The position numbers and the translations under genes are program-made. A stretch of DNA of 64,000 bases, taken from NCBI RefSeq assembly GCF_006345805.1, contig NC_043024.1, forward strand, positions 16,926,001 through 16,990,000, written 5' to 3'. This DNA is from Octopus sinensis. Taxonomy: Eukaryota. Positions 1 through 13,790 of this stretch are shown one piece after another. Each line of letters opens with the position of its first letter. Positions within the stretch are counted from its first letter, which is position 1. The notes below the pieces were generated by a model. That model was not told the origin of the DNA and searched no databases. It saw only the letters and a list, made by a program, of their open reading frames with translations.

Positions 1-529
1 TAGTCAGGCTGGTTCTGATATACAGAATATACCAAAGTTGATGTCATTGTATTACAAGATGTTGAGAAATAGTTTCTCAAGTAAGAGTCGTATTCAAATA
101 AAAGAATCGTAAAATGGTAAAGTTGATGATGATAATGGCAATGGCATGAGTTGTAATGTATATTGGATGCTATAGAGTAGACTCAGGGGAGACACAAGAA
201 GAAATATTATCCATGCAAGTTCTGGCAGTCTTGGAGAATAAATCTATTGGGTTGATATTTCTTCCAATAAATTTACTGGAATTTATCTTTCCAGTCAGAT
301 ATCAATTTGTGTGGCTCTCTCACTCTCTTTCTCTCATTTCCTCTATTCTGTATGCATCTATGTGCATGCACGCACGTGCATGAACAAACACACACATACA
401 CACGCACACTTATAGTAAATACATATCTACATCTGTATATATATACATACATACATATATACATATATATGTATCAGACATATATATGTACACACTGACA
501 AAGGCATACTTATGCAAGTGTATATAGGT

Positions 530-699
530 ATGTATGTATGTGTGTGTGTGTATCTATCTATCTATCCACACACACACAGTATACATAGACACACATTCAA
601 ACTCTTATAAATACACAAATAGTTGCATTTATGTAAATGTGTATACATCTTTTGTTGTCTACATCCCTTGTTATCATCACAAACTTTTTCTTTCTCTTC

Positions 700-747
<48 letters not shown>

Positions 748-748
748 G

Positions 749-825
<77 letters not shown>

Positions 826-960
826 GCAGACAGATAGATAGGTAGATAGATAGATAGATAGATAGATTGGTAAATAGATAGATAGATAGATAGAAAGGTA
901 GATAGATAAATAGATAGATAGCTGGATAGATAGACAGACCGACAGATAGTCAGATACACA
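530..960. repeat. Compound microsatellite (CA)n/(TA)n/(GA)n/(GATA)n
   Basis: Directly visible runs of CA, TA, GA and GATA units. Confidence 0.95.
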
Positions 961-1544
961 CCTATATGTCTGTACATATATTTGGTATATTTGGTACACT
1001 TCCTATTATAATTCACATCTTGTACTATTCCTATGAAAATACCTACATTTAATTTACATATATATACTAAGATTATCCCCTGCTTGATTTAAACTTTCCA
1101 TAATCAATTTAGGTGCAACCCCTCTTCCTTCATTCCTTCTAACTCTATGATACATGTTTATAATTCAACTCCTTCATTCTATAATTAAATTACTCGTTAT
1201 CTGTCTCTCTCTTTTCTATAATTATATCTTCAACGTTAATTCCGTTCAGTTTGAGACCTTACGCATATATTTATCCTGATTCTGTTTACGGTTCATTTTC
1301 CTCTTTCAGTTTTTTAATCATTCTTCATCTCCATCTGTCTTAACTATGATTACATTTTGTATTCTCTTTACTTCTGCTCACTCATCTGCTATGCTTGACC
1401 TATATTCCATCAGTGACTTTGAAACAAACTCTTTTCAATTTGTTGCAAAAAAATTTATATTTCCATCTCTTACCTTAAACCTTCAGATGCACTTCTTTGA
1501 AACAGGAATTATTCCTGTATATGTGCATATTACCATCATTGTTT

Positions 1545-1885
1545 AGCATCCATTGTCCATGCTGGCATGGGTTTGACCAGGGCTGATAAGCTGAGGGGCT
1601 GCACCAGACTCTAGCCTGATTTGGCATGGTTTCTATTGCTGAATGCCCTTCCTAATGCCAACCACTCTGAGAGTGTAATGGGTGCTTTTACATGCTTGTT
1701 TGCATGATACCAGTGTTTGCCAGGACTAAGGTTTCACTTGGCTTGATGGATCTTCTTCTCAAGTACAGCATATTGCCAAACATCTTGATCATTTGTCGTT
1801 GCCTCTATGAGGCCTAGGACTTGAAAGGTGCTTTTTATGTGCCATGAGCATGTATGCTAGTTATGCAACACCGGCATCGGCCACA
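1545..1885 (-). mobile_element. SINE-like retroposon family B (RTE-type 3' tail), degenerate copy
   Basis: Shares CCATGCTGGCATGGG...ATGCCCTTCCTAATGCCAACCACTCTGAGAGTGTAATGGGTGCTTTT with copies at 8335, 19575, 33385 and 46650. Confidence 0.7.
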
Positions 1886-1988
1886 TTACATCCATGCAAT
1901 TATATGTATATGTGTGTGTGTGTATGTGTGTAAGCTGTCTAAGAGTTCATAAGTCCAGAAAAAATGCACTTGTACATCTTTCAGTAAA

Positions 1989-2228
1989 GTGGGTATATTA
2001 ATCGGAGTGTACAACAATATTATATATCCATTATGGCCTATGCTACCAATCGATTTTGCACCAGGGTTTCAACGGAATGCTAGGTAACAGTCCCTTTCAG
2101 AGGTAGCTGTTATGGAATGAAATACAGTGACTGCAGTTACCTCATGTTCTATTAAATCCCTGGGGCAAAACCAATTGGTAAGATCAGCCGTAATGCATAT
2201 AATACTGTACACTTCAATTAAGATATAT
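1989..2228. mobile_element. Fold-back element with hammerhead remnants (same family as 30783-30957)
   Basis: Terminal inverted repeats around GAGTGTACA/TGTACACTTC. Minus-strand core remnant at ~2041-2106 and plus-strand half CAAAACCAATTGGTAAG at ~2165-2182. Confidence 0.55.
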
Positions 2229-2387
2229 AATATATATATATATACATATATGTTAAAATTTAGCAAACACCAGGACGTATGTTCTGGTGTTTGCTAAATT
2301 TTTCTTGAGCACATTTCTTAGTGGTAAGACTATAGTGGATCTACTTCTAGCATATGAATTGTCTATATAGTGGTCATCCCTCTCATA

Positions 2388-2447
<60 letters not shown>

Positions 2448-2662
2448 TGATAGATAGATAGATTTAGATATATACATACATACATATATATAGTGTTAAA
2501 CACTTTTGGTATGCAAATTAGGGACTGCTTCATAGGTTAACTGCTGCATTTGTTGAGTATATAAACAGTTTGGCTGCTTCTTTCTCTGGAGGCTGTCGGA
2601 ATGATGGAGACGCCTCTGATGAGAACCCAATAAGGTTTGAAAATCAATTAAAGTCATTCATC

Positions 2663-2871
2663 ATTTTTTCAGTCTGTGTTTGTCCCCTGACCATCATTTA
2701 ACACTGATGTTGGTATGTTTACATCTCCCATGACTTAGCAGTTCGGCAAGAAAAAACAATATAATATGCACTAGGCTTACAAAAAATAAGTCCCTGGTGA
2801 ATTTGTTTAACTAAAGGTGATGCTCCAGCAAGGCTGCAGTCAAATGACTGAAACAAGTAAAAGAATAAAAG

Positions 2872-2872
<1 letters not shown>
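2663..2872 (+). mobile_element. SINE family A, 3' half
   Basis: Matches the 3' half of full copies (GTAACTTAGC...TAAAGGTGATGCTCCAGCA...CAAATGACTGAAACAAGTAAAAGAATAAAAG). Confidence 0.8.
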
Positions 2873-2908
<36 letters not shown>

Positions 2909-4742
2909 TCACTGTATTGACCAGGCTATCAGATGTTACCTCAGGCTGAATCCAAAGTTTGTTTGTATTTCAAGCTTTAATTAATATGTTAAATAAATTA
3001 CATATAGGGAGCATTTATTCATAAACATCTATCCCATCATATTCTATTGCTTGTTGCCATCATTGTGCCATAAGCCCAACTCCATGCTTATACCATTTGG
3101 CTAACTTAGAAGCAAAAAACTCCCTTTACCCATTTTAAGCCTCATCCATATTGTTAAACTTTTGTCTGGACAGGAAATGAGCAATAGTTCCCAAAACACA
3201 CACACATAGTGTGGTCCCTCAGTTAGCGCTTTAAATACACACATTCCTAAAGCATGAAACAGCACTATTTGGAGTTATTACAACAGCAGAAATAGAGATA
3301 TGTGTTTGCTAGTTTATTGTTATTGACAGAAACACAACTGATCTTGGTAGACGTAGCCAAATGGCTAAGAAAACCAGGTTCTCGTTGCCCTATCCCACAG
3401 TAATTAATAAGTTCAGGTAATCCTACATATTAGGTGAGATCATCTAAAAATTATCTTAGATAATAAGAAACCTCACATGTTACACATCGTGATCTAAAAT
3501 TTTGATAAAATTAGAAAACAAGTTTAAATTAAGATGTAGTGTTATTATAAAATAATGAAATATGTTTAATTAATCAGCTTTAATCATCAGTACCTGGGTT
3601 TACTCATAATTAATTCAGTTGGAAAGCATTACTGAGAAACTAGACTGGAGAAGCTACTTCTTTGTCATGGTGGTCATGGTGGGACAGGGGGGGTGTCCAG
3701 GCTATGATTCTTTCTTGTCTCACTTTGGTTGATTTTTCAAAGAATTCATCTAATGTCATCTGAATATTCTTGAGGTTCCTCTGACCAAATGGTTAATGGT
3801 GGCGGAGGTATTTCTCTTTATCCTCTGGCTTGCACATCAGCCAAGGTTCTTTACGAAAAACTGGTCCAGGATTTCTGTCATCTTGGTGAAGGTGTTACTG
3901 AGGAAGCCAATAGCAAGATTTCATTCTGATGTTACTCACTCTCGATTCTTTATTATTTGCAATGGGCTGTCTTCATTAACAGAAATATATTTGCACCCTC
4001 ATAATTGCATATATATGCATGCACACATATGAAGAGAGAGAGATACAGAGATACATAATATTTGTGTTGTACAGGTAAGAAGTATCTCAAGTCAACATAA
4101 AATATTCTGTGAATTATCTAAATTGTAGATCAAAGCTATTCACAAAATGCCACCACTTTGACAAGTGCCTGCTAAAAGCTTTGCAAATGTTTTCATTTGC
4201 TTTATAACATTTGATATAATGTTATACATATTTTTCTATTTTTAATCTATCATGCATTTTCCACAGTGCTCTCCACAATATTTTCCTTCTACTCACAGGT
4301 ATTTCTTTCACATGTTTACTTTCGACAACACGATATGTCCCTCGTTTTCTATAACTAAAGATCACCTTCACAACCTGCCTAAGATTCTGTGTTGCTTCTA
4401 CTCTTTATTTTTCTCAGTATTTTCCATAATTTTCTGACACTTGTATAATCTGTTAGACTAATACCAATTCCCCCAAAACACAACCCATCTCTATTAGATG
4501 TTTCTGAAAATAGCTGGGCCCCTTACACCTACCCTCTGATTAATTTCTCCTGGCCAGAAGCTTTGGCAACTTCATATTCTTTCACTTTTTTTCATCATGG
4601 AAGTTGGAAGATATTGTTCTTTTATCATTTGATGATTATATGTAAATTAAATTATTTCAAATGCGAAAATATTAGTAATAGTGTGTTAATCTATACATCA
4701 GCTAAATCTCTATCTCTCTCTCTCCCTCCTTCTCACTTACTT

Positions 4743-4779
<37 letters not shown>

Positions 4780-4780
4780 A

Positions 4781-4836
<56 letters not shown>

Positions 4837-4936
4837 TATGTATATATATATATATATTTACATATATGTATACACACACACACACGTGCACACACACATA
4901 CATATATATATATATTATAATAATAAATAAATAATA

Positions 4937-5183
4937 AATGTGCCCTTTTAAAGCCTAGCCAGGCTCATGGGCCCGGTTTCCCAGTTTCAGTGGCATATGT
5001 GTTCCCCAGCTGGACGGGACGCCAGTCCATCGCAGCGTTACTCATTTTTGCCAGCTGAGTGAACTGGAGCAACGTGAAATGAAGTGTTTTGCTCAAGTAC
5101 ACAATGTGTCACCCGGTCCAGGAATCAAAACCACAATCTTACGATCATGATGCTGACACCCTAACCACTAAGCCACGTGCCTC

Positions 5184-5186
<3 letters not shown>
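4937..5186 (-). mobile_element. tRNA-headed SINE family C
   Basis: Reverse complement begins GTGGAGGCACGTGGCTTAGTGGTTAGG (A box) with a B-box-like GTTTTGATTCC. Body is shared with 14066, 17143, 37597, 56853 and 57075. Confidence 0.8.
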
Positions 5187-5228
<42 letters not shown>

Positions 5229-5744
5229 CCTTACACTTATATTGAGCACTCTATTTTTGTTCATGAAAATCCCTTTACTTTGAATATATGTATACATGTC
5301 TATATAAGCACACATATGTGCATGTGTGTGCATTTATACATGTGTGTGCATGTATATATGTGTGTGCATGTATACATGTATGTATGTGTGTGTGTGTGTG
5401 TGTGAATATGTCTTCAGTTTTCTAAATGTTTTGGAAATTGATAAGAGGAAGTTTGCAACATTAGCAGAAACTGGGTGAAGGAGAGACAATGATTGAATAA
5501 GAAAAAAAGAGGAGAGTCTGAGGGTGGGGAGTGGGGGTTAGTGAAAGAGAGGAACGGTGGAGTAGATTCGTGGAGAAAGCCATGGGGTGGGGTGCTGGGT
5601 GGTGGGTGAATTAAAGGATTTAAGGATATGTAATGGAGAATGATGGATCATACACATACATGCATACATACATACATACATACACAGAAAGCATGTACAG
5701 AAGTAGAAATGTGCATATTCACAAACACAGATGTATACATGCAT

Positions 5745-6030
<286 letters not shown>

Positions 6031-6384
6031 CAAATACATGTATACATGCATAATACACACACACGCACAACAAACAGGCATACATACACACACACTAACA
6101 TTTGCAGCATATACGCAAATATGTATGGACTTTACACACAATGCTTCCATGTAGACACAAATGTATGACCAAACACATACCTCAACGCGTATATTGTCAT
6201 ACATGCACATAAGTACGCATGCGGACAAATGTCTGAGCACACACGCACAGATTATTGTCCACGTGTACACATGCACACGGGCATACATGCATGCATAGAC
6301 ACACACACCCACACAGGTCATTGGAGTTTGTAACTAAGAAGTTAGGATATCTCAGGATATAACACAGAGAGCTTAGGATAAATC

Positions 6385-6790
6385 AATAACACACACACAC
6401 ACACACAACTGAACACAAACACACACACACAACTGAACATACACACACATACAACTAAACACACATGCACACAACTGAACACACACACACATACTGAACA
6501 TACACACACACGCACACAACTGATCATATACACACACACAGCTGAACACACACACACACAACTGAACACACACACAACTGAACACACACACAACTGAATA
6601 CACACACACAACTGAATACACACACACACACACACACTGATCATACACACACACACAACTGAATACACACACACTCTGAATGCACACACACACACACTGA
6701 ACATACACACACACAACTGATCATATACACATACACAACTGAACACACACACGTACACAACTGAACATACACACACACACACACACACAT
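6385..6790. repeat. CA-rich minisatellite, unit ACAACTGAA(C/T)ACACACAC
   Basis: About 20 recurrences of the (A)ACTGAA/ACTGAT core separated by variable (CA)n. Confidence 0.9.
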
Positions 6791-7994
6791 GTGTGCATAC
6801 TCACATCTATCTACATTGTATAGTGAAAGAAAAAGGATATCTTGAGTTGTCTGTTTTTCTATTTTTATCCCAGAAACAGAATCTTTAACATCTCCCCCTC
6901 CCCACCCCACCCCATCCTGGAAACCTAACCCTAACCCAGGCCACCACAGGCATCATGAGACAAATGCCAGATCTATTAGAAACAACAGCCAAATCTTTCT
7001 CAAATCACACACTACCATCCTTCAAAACAGGAAGGATTTGTTCAGCAATGTAGTTGTATATATAAACCAAAAGGTTGGATGGTCATGGGCGGAATATCTT
7101 TTGATTATAGTTCTCTTCTGCTTGATCAGAACTGATTTGAGTCTGGACAACAGCTGTTGCTGCTGCCACCACCAGTTGCCCAAGAAACCTCAGACTACTA
7201 GAAACAGTAGCCAAATCTCCCTTGAATCACAGCCTACTGTCTAAGAAAGAACAGGATGGGCTGGTCATGGCCGGATTGCCTTTAATATTTAATTATAGAC
7301 CTACCTGTTTAATTAGGGCTGAATTGGACCAACACCAACCAGCTTCATAGAAATAGTGACCAAATTTTCCTCAAATTGCAGCCTATAATCTAAAGAAAGA
7401 GGGGATAGCCAAGACTGGAACACTTTTGATCATAGACCTTCTTGATCAGGGCTGACTTAGGGTTAAACTGAAGCAACATCCCTCCTGAGATACTTCTTAG
7501 AAGGTTAATTTTTGCTGGAAGGGTCATGGAAGGGTTATGTATGTCAAAAGGCAGAAATAATTAAGTTTCACCTCCGAGAAACAAAAAAGTTCCTTTTGAT
7601 ATTTAGCTGTTGTTGTTGTTTAACCCAAGGTCAACTCTGACTCATTGTTGGCAGGTCATCTCTGCTCTGATCCTGCTGACTCACATTTCTCTCACTGTCT
7701 TCCTCTTCTCATTGTATCCAGCCTCGACACACCACCAAACTCATTGTAAATCACTCCACTCCACTTGTTACCTATGACATCGGTCTTTTGCACTGCTTTC
7801 CCTGGACATACATTCCATCCATGACTCTCACGTTTTCTTGTATACCAATGTTTACATACTACATTGCTCAGTGTGTTGTTTGAGAGAGATTTGGCTGTAA
7901 TTTTTAACCAGTCAAACAACAAGCTAGAGGCCACTATGTATGATGGGAGGCGGATGAAAATCTGTGAAGCATTGCATGAACCTGGTTGACCCTT

Positions 7995-8200
7995 ATTCAC
8001 TCCACTCAGACTTCCCTATTTTACAGATCACTCTTCTTCCCCTCCTTCCCCCCATACAGTGTCCACCTCACATACCCCACTACACCCAGTCCTTCTTCCC
8101 CAGAATGTCCTCCTGGAATACCTACCCTAGACAAGTCTTTCCTGCAGCTCTTGACTTGCAAACATTCAAGATGTTAACCACGTTATTGTCACCAGTGTTG
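7995..8200 (+). mobile_element. LINE 3' remnant, CR1/L2/Jockey-like
   Basis: Frameshifted translation SLFYR...HYTQSFFPRMSSWNTYPRQVFPAALDLQTFK resembles the conserved C-terminal SFFPR..LWN.LP..VFP...LQ.FK motif of these clades. Confidence 0.65.
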
Positions 8201-8334
8201 AAGAGGCATCTGGGAAGGCCACGGGAACAGTTCCTTCTCCCACACTAAACCAATGATACTACCAAATATCTTATGATATTTCATTGCACCCCTTTAGTTT
8301 CTGTGTTCAAATAAGATATCACCATCATCATTGC

Positions 8335-8790
8335 CATCATCATCATCATCACCACCATGTAATGTCTATTTTCCATGCTAGCATGGGTTGGATGGTTTGA
8401 CAGGAACTGGTCAGCTCCCCTGCTGGCCAGGCACCATTTGTCTGCTTTGGCCTGGCTTCTATGGCTGGTTGCCCTTCCTAATGCCAACCACTTTACAGTG
8501 TGTGCTGTATGCATTTTACATGGTACTGCTACAAGTCCCCCTTCCCCATACTTCTCAGTGGCACAAGTGCTTTTAATGTGGCACAGGTACAGGTGCTGTT
8601 CACATGGCACTGGCAATGAGTACATCTTATGTGGCACCAACAGAGGTTCATTTTACTTGGAACTGTCATGAGTGCATTTTATGTGGTGCTGGCATGGGGC
8701 ATGAAGGACTTGCATGAATGATGGCCACAGTTTTACTTAGCTTGAATGGAGATTCGGTTTTCCACTTTATTCTTTGAAATTTGATTAAAT
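8335..8790 (-). mobile_element. SINE-like family B copy
   Basis: (CAT)n tail followed by TAATGTCTATTTTCCATGCTAGCATGGGTTGGATGG...CCCTTCCTAATGCCAACCAC. Confidence 0.75.
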
Positions 8791-8959
8791 AGATACCTTT
8801 GAAAGTCACTGAAATAGGTATTTGCAGACAATATAAGTATTGGGGGTCGATATAATTGACTATGCCATAAATAATGGTGCTCCAGCATAGCCACAATCCA
8901 ATGGTGAAGCCAGTGAAGGAAAATGGAATTACTGTTCTTTTATCTCAACTTAACTCTTC

Positions 8960-10250
8960 TTTCTGCTTTCAAAGGATTTGATGGAATCAATAACAGATCA
9001 ATACTGAATTCAATACAACATAGCTTTTCTTACATTTCTGGCCTTAGGCTCTTTTTCAGGTGATTCTGTTGGGTGCTCCTCTGTTCATTGAATGGACTGT
9101 CTCCTTTCCCTATTGATTTAATGGACTCTTCCTATGTTGATAGAGTATGTTATTGTACATGGTTTGAGAAAACCACTAAGATTTTCCTTTCATGCATCAA
9201 AGTAATTAGGTGCATCTTGGAAAACATGCCTCAACACATTCAGAGATTATCAATTGCTGTTTGAAGCTTCAAACACACTATTTACAGACCTAAGAATTGC
9301 TATTCTTTATTAGTCATGTATTACCTTGCACAGAAGTACTTCTGTGATATTCCACTTGTAGCAGTCGCCAAATGATAGTAGACACATTCCTTAATTGTTC
9401 TAATTTAATTAATTCAATTCATTACAATATCCAAACCATTTATGTTGCTATTTTCTAGACCATGTCTATGTCTATCATGGTAGGTAACAAATCAATGTAC
9501 TGAATACATTGTACTTGTACCAATTACAGTGGAGACAGTATTTAACTACAACACTACATCTAATTTAACGGATGACTATATTTAAAGACCATCGTGTTGC
9601 TCTTTTCCAAAAACGTGTCTTCGTTTATTCCAATGTATTTACAGAAACAATTGTCTATCATTACGACTACACTAATTACAAAAGGGACAGTGGAAACGCT
9701 CCTTAATTGCCATGATATATTTGAATTGATAACAACATTTACTGTATCTGCTATTGTTTTTCTTGTTCTGTTTTTCTTTTCCTTCTGAGCCCTGCCCACA
9801 TCCAGGCAATTCCTCAATGTGTTTCCAGAAATACTTCCATATCAATTACACTTACTGTAATTACAGATGGAAGAGAAGATCTCCTCCTTAACTGCTCAAG
9901 TCTTTTTACTTCAACAACTAAATTTGATATAATTCTTTACCTTTTCAACTCTGTTCTTCACAACATTATACTTATTTGGTCACACTGTGTCTGTTATTAG
10001 TCCACTATTGGCAGTTCTGTCATTCAATGTTTCTTGAATTTATGTTCTGCTTCATAGCCTGTCTGTGTGTTTGCAGACTAAAGTTCCATCCATTTGGGTT
10101 TTTTTCTTCTTTTTGCATTGTCATTTCCTAACCCAGTTACAGTTCCAAATGAGGTTTTATTTAAGTCTCCATCATTTCTTCTAACCTGTCTATATAATGT
10201 CCCCTTTACCTGTCACTTTTCTATATATATGATAAGAAATCATTGTTGTT
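8960..10250 (-). mobile_element. Possible highly degenerate RTE-like LINE remnant
   Basis: Only scattered peptide fragments (KPKWM; GAPNRIT-like) reminiscent of RTE ORF2. Many stops. Confidence 0.25.
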
Positions 10251-10462
10251 ATTTATGATAGACTTGCAGAATTGTTAGAGCAGCAGTGAAATATCTGGTG
10301 GTATTCCTTCTGGCTCTTTATGGTCCTGAGTTCAAATCATGTCATAGACAACTTTGCTTTTTATTCTTTCAAGTAAAGTACCAGCCAAGAACTGGAATCA
10401 GTGTCATTGACTTTATCCTCACTATACCCCAAAATAGTTTTTCTATAAAAATCCTCATGATA

Positions 10463-10624
10463 GGTGTAGGAGTGGCTGTGTGGTAAGTAGCTTGCTTACG
10501 AACCACATGGTTCCAGGTTCAGTCCCACTGCGTGGCACTTTGGGCAAGTGTCTTCTACTATAGCCTCAGGCTGACCAAAGCCTTGTGAGTGGATTTGGTA
10601 GACTGGAACTGAAAGAAGCCCGTC

Positions 10625-10658
<34 letters not shown>

Positions 10659-10852
10659 CTGTGTTTGTTTCCCCAACATCACTTGACAACTGATGCTGGT
10701 GTGTTTACATCCCCATAACTTAGTGGTTCGGCAAAAGAGAGTGATACAATAAGTACTAGGCTTACAAAGAATAAGCCCTGGGGTCGATTTGCTTGACTAA
10801 AGGCAGTGCTCCAGCATGGCCATAGTCAAATGACTGAAACAAGCAAAAGAAT
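10463..10852 (+). mobile_element. SINE family A, full-length, with target-site duplication
   Basis: Head GGTGTAGGAGTGGCTGTGTGGTAAG...GGTTCAGTCCC, internal (TG)n, canonical 3' end. TAGTTTTTCTATAAAAATCCTCA occurs on both flanks (~10435-10457 and ~10862-10885). Confidence 0.9.
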
Positions 10853-11668
10853 ATTCTAAATTAGTTTTTCTATAAAAATCCTCACTATACCCCAAATTAA
10901 TTAGTTTTTCTATAAAAATTATTTATATTTTGAAAACAGAAACCATTAGGGAAAAAAAGGTACATTAACAGAGAACTGATGGAAGGAAATTTTTGTGTGA
11001 GCACTTTCGCTGTTTCAGCTTTTCAAAAACACATAATGTAAAGTAATCCAAATATAAATAACTGTGTTCAACAGCAGTTGTTGCTATTTCCAGTTTAATT
11101 TTGAATTGAAAATTTTTATAAAATGCTCTTCTCTTGCACTTCAGAATTGTTTATCTTCTTCCTTTCAAATTTCCCATTCACAAAAATATCTGGATGTTCA
11201 CTACATGGAACATTCCTAACAAATGGCTCTTTTATTTGTTGTTTATGTACCCTGATTCAATCCAATAATTTTGTTCCTGTTTGGCTGATATAATTACCCT
11301 ATATATATATATCACCTTTTGATGTCTATTTTCTGTGTTGGCTTGGGTTGGATGATTTGACAGCTCTAATGCCTACTTTGGCGCAGTTTCTACAGCTGGA
11401 TACCCTCCCCAACATCAACCGTTTACAGAGTGCCTTGGTGATTTTCTTCATGACAACAGCACCAAGGTTGTTATATAACTTGCCAGTCAAAGAAAACCCT
11501 CCTTGACATCATGGTTGTAGTAGAGAGGGAGGTGGCTTTACACGTGGTAGTGAGAGGCTAAAGTATGATAGAGGCATAGGTGGCTTGCATTTCATAGTTA
11601 CCCCATATCATGTATTAGTGGGGACACACACAAGCAGCAGTACCAAGTTTTATGCATTTTTATTGATA

Positions 11669-12040
11669 TCTTTATATATAAAAGTGAGTTGTGTGTCTGT
11701 CCCTTCGATTTAGATTCCTAACTACTCCCACATTTTGCGATGCAGTTTAACCAAAACCGGGTATCTTATAGATTCATATCGAGCCCTTCTGGGTATTAGC
11801 GCTTGTCTACGATGAGTCTACGATTTTAAAAATAATTTACCATCATTTTTTTCCATCTTCATGCATATTTTTTTAAAGGGAAGTAACTCTCTAAAAATGT
11901 CTACGATGAGTCAACGATTTTTAAAAAAAATTACCACCATATTTTTTCCATTTTTAATGCATTTTTTGGCTATTACTCTCTAAAAATGCTGTATAGTTAT
12001 TTCCCTTACAAACCCGAGCAACGCCGGGTGATACTGCCAG
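11669..12040 (+). mobile_element. Non-autonomous Helitron
   Basis: Inserted between A and T. Starts TCTTTATATATAAAAG and ends with hairpin CCCGAGCAACGCCGGG followed 8 nt later by CCAG (CTAG variant). Internal direct duplication of GTCTACGATGAGTC.ACGATTTT. Confidence 0.8.
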
Positions 12041-12550
12041 TTTAAAATAAATCCTTTCCCAAGAATTCTCTGTATGTTTAATAATTTTGAAAGTTTCTCA
12101 CAATCTTTAGAAAATGTTAATTAACATCTGTCTCGAACCAGCTTCGTTTTGAGAAGGAATCATAGAATATTGTATTGCCACTGACACTGATGTTCCTCTT
12201 GAAAAATTATGTCACCATTTGTAATTTCAGTGATGTATGTACAAAACTGTGGCCTACAACTTGTTTCACATCTATAGAGACATACATACTTGCATATATA
12301 CATACGTACATGTACACATGCATACATACATGCATATATACATACATACATACATATATACACACACTTATACAAAAGTACATACATACATTCATACATA
12401 TATACAAATACACACACATACACTTACATACATACAAATACACACACATACACTTACATCGATCCATACAAATACACACACATACGTATACACACACACA
12501 TACATACAGACATACATACACACATACACACACACACACACACACATACA

Positions 12551-12790
12551 AGTACCACTAAGTATCAACTGCTTAATAGGCAGAAAACGTTGACAGACAT
12601 CAAGTGTAGGCTGTGCAAGACAGAAAACATCAACCTCATTATTGCCAACTGCAAGAGAATGTCTTCCAGATATCATCTTCCCATGGGGGATGACGCAGTG
12701 GCCAGGACAGTCTGGAACAGAATAGAAGAAAAAAAACAAATATCTACAGACAAAGTTGACTATTCTGAGATGAATGGGTGAAAATAATTT
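12551..12790 (+). pseudogene. R4/Dong-like non-LTR retrotransposon remnant, part 1 (CCHC zinc-knuckle region)
   Basis: YQLLNRQKTLTDIKCRLCKTENINLIIANCKRMSSRYHLPMGDDAVARTVWN resembles the CRLC...H....C......Y..RHD.VA motif upstream of the REL endonuclease. Confidence 0.7.
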
Positions 12791-13352
12791 CTTCTTCTTC
12801 TTCTTCTTCTTCTTCTTCTACTCCTCCTCCTCCTCCTCCCCCCCTCCTCATTATTATTATTATTATTAATCCTTTTGCCCTTTGTGGAACATAGGGCCTT
12901 AATAGTTGTTTTCCACTTTTTGCAGTCATTGGCGTGTTTCTTGGCTGCTTCCCATGTCAGGCTGGTGGTCCGGAGCTCATCCAAAATGCTCTGCTTCCAT
13001 GTCAGCTTCAAGCACCCTCAATTCCTATTCCCCTGCGGGTTCCAGTCAAATGCTTGTTGTGTCACATTTGAGGGTTCTTTCCGCAGTGTGTGTCCAATCC
13101 ATCTCCATATCCTTCGTCTAGTCTGAACATGTATGTGCTTCTGGTTGGCCCTTTCCCACAGGTTGGTGTTTGGCACTCTGTCGAACCACTTCATACGGAG
13201 GATCTGCTGGAGACATTTGTTGATGAAGGTCTGGACCTTTCTTGTAGTTGCTGCAGGTGGCTCTCCATGCTTTAGAGCCATACAAAAGCACAAATTTTAC
13301 GTTTGAACTAAATAAGTGGAGTTTAGTTTAAGTTGAGATGGCAAGGAACTTG
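12790..13352 (-). mobile_element. RTE-clade LINE 3' fragment with compound (AAT)(AGG)(AAG) tail
   Basis: TKLHLFSSNVKFVLLYGSKAW...KVQTFINKCLQQILRMKWFDRVPNTNLWERANQ...WRWIGHTLRK...WNPQG...TWKQS...ALCS. These are diagnostic RTE post-RT motifs, followed by a simple-repeat tail. Confidence 0.9.
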
Positions 13353-13364
13353 GACTTCCATATC

Positions 13365-13790
13365 AGAAAAAAATATCTGTGAAACTTAAAAATTAAATCA
13401 GCTATTAAGCTGAAACACAACTGGCCAGATATTGCTGTTTGGACCACAAAAATAAATATGTTTTGTTGTGGAAATAAACTGCCCTCTGGATACCAATGTG
13501 GTTAGAAAAATACAAGAGACAGAAGACATCTATGGACTATTGATAAGGAGTTTGCAATTCCTGTACCCAAGATATACTTTCAGGTTCATTCCTATTATTA
13601 CTTAACCAACAGGATACAGCCCATCTGGAGCAAAGTGTGGCTGAGCTTGGAATCTTGGGAAGAGAACACAAATCATACACTCCAAATGATTGTGATATCT
13701 GGGACTATAACAATCTGTAAGAACTTAAGATGTAGAGGATGAAAGAGAAGGCAAAATGCTTTCTTTCACAACTTTGCTACCAAGGAGGTG
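13365..13790 (+). pseudogene. R4/Dong-like element remnant, part 2 (restriction-like endonuclease domain)
   Basis: KLKHNWPDIAVW, then after a frameshift CFVVEINCPLDTNVVRKIQETEDIYGLLIRSLQFLYPRYTFRFIPII...LQMIVISGTITICK. This fits the PD-(D/E)xK REL pattern. (TATG)n follows. Confidence 0.75.

Noticed and set aside
2610-2650. Additional hammerhead-like motifs (here and at ~3560-3595, ~18570-18605, ~28280-28318, ~51608-51635)
   Set aside because: Each lacks two or more core nucleotides or stems. They are probably decayed Penelope-type ends but cannot be supported individually.
3330-3400. Apparent AG...GT exon
   Set aside because: It overlaps a tRNA A-box-like SINE fragment and has no recognisable peptide.
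3690-4030. Possible retroelement coding remnant on the minus strand
   Set aside because: The fragments are protein-like, but I could not assign any motif.
6924-6937. Interstitial telomeric repeat (CCCTAA)n
   Set aside because: Only about two units, which is compatible with chance.
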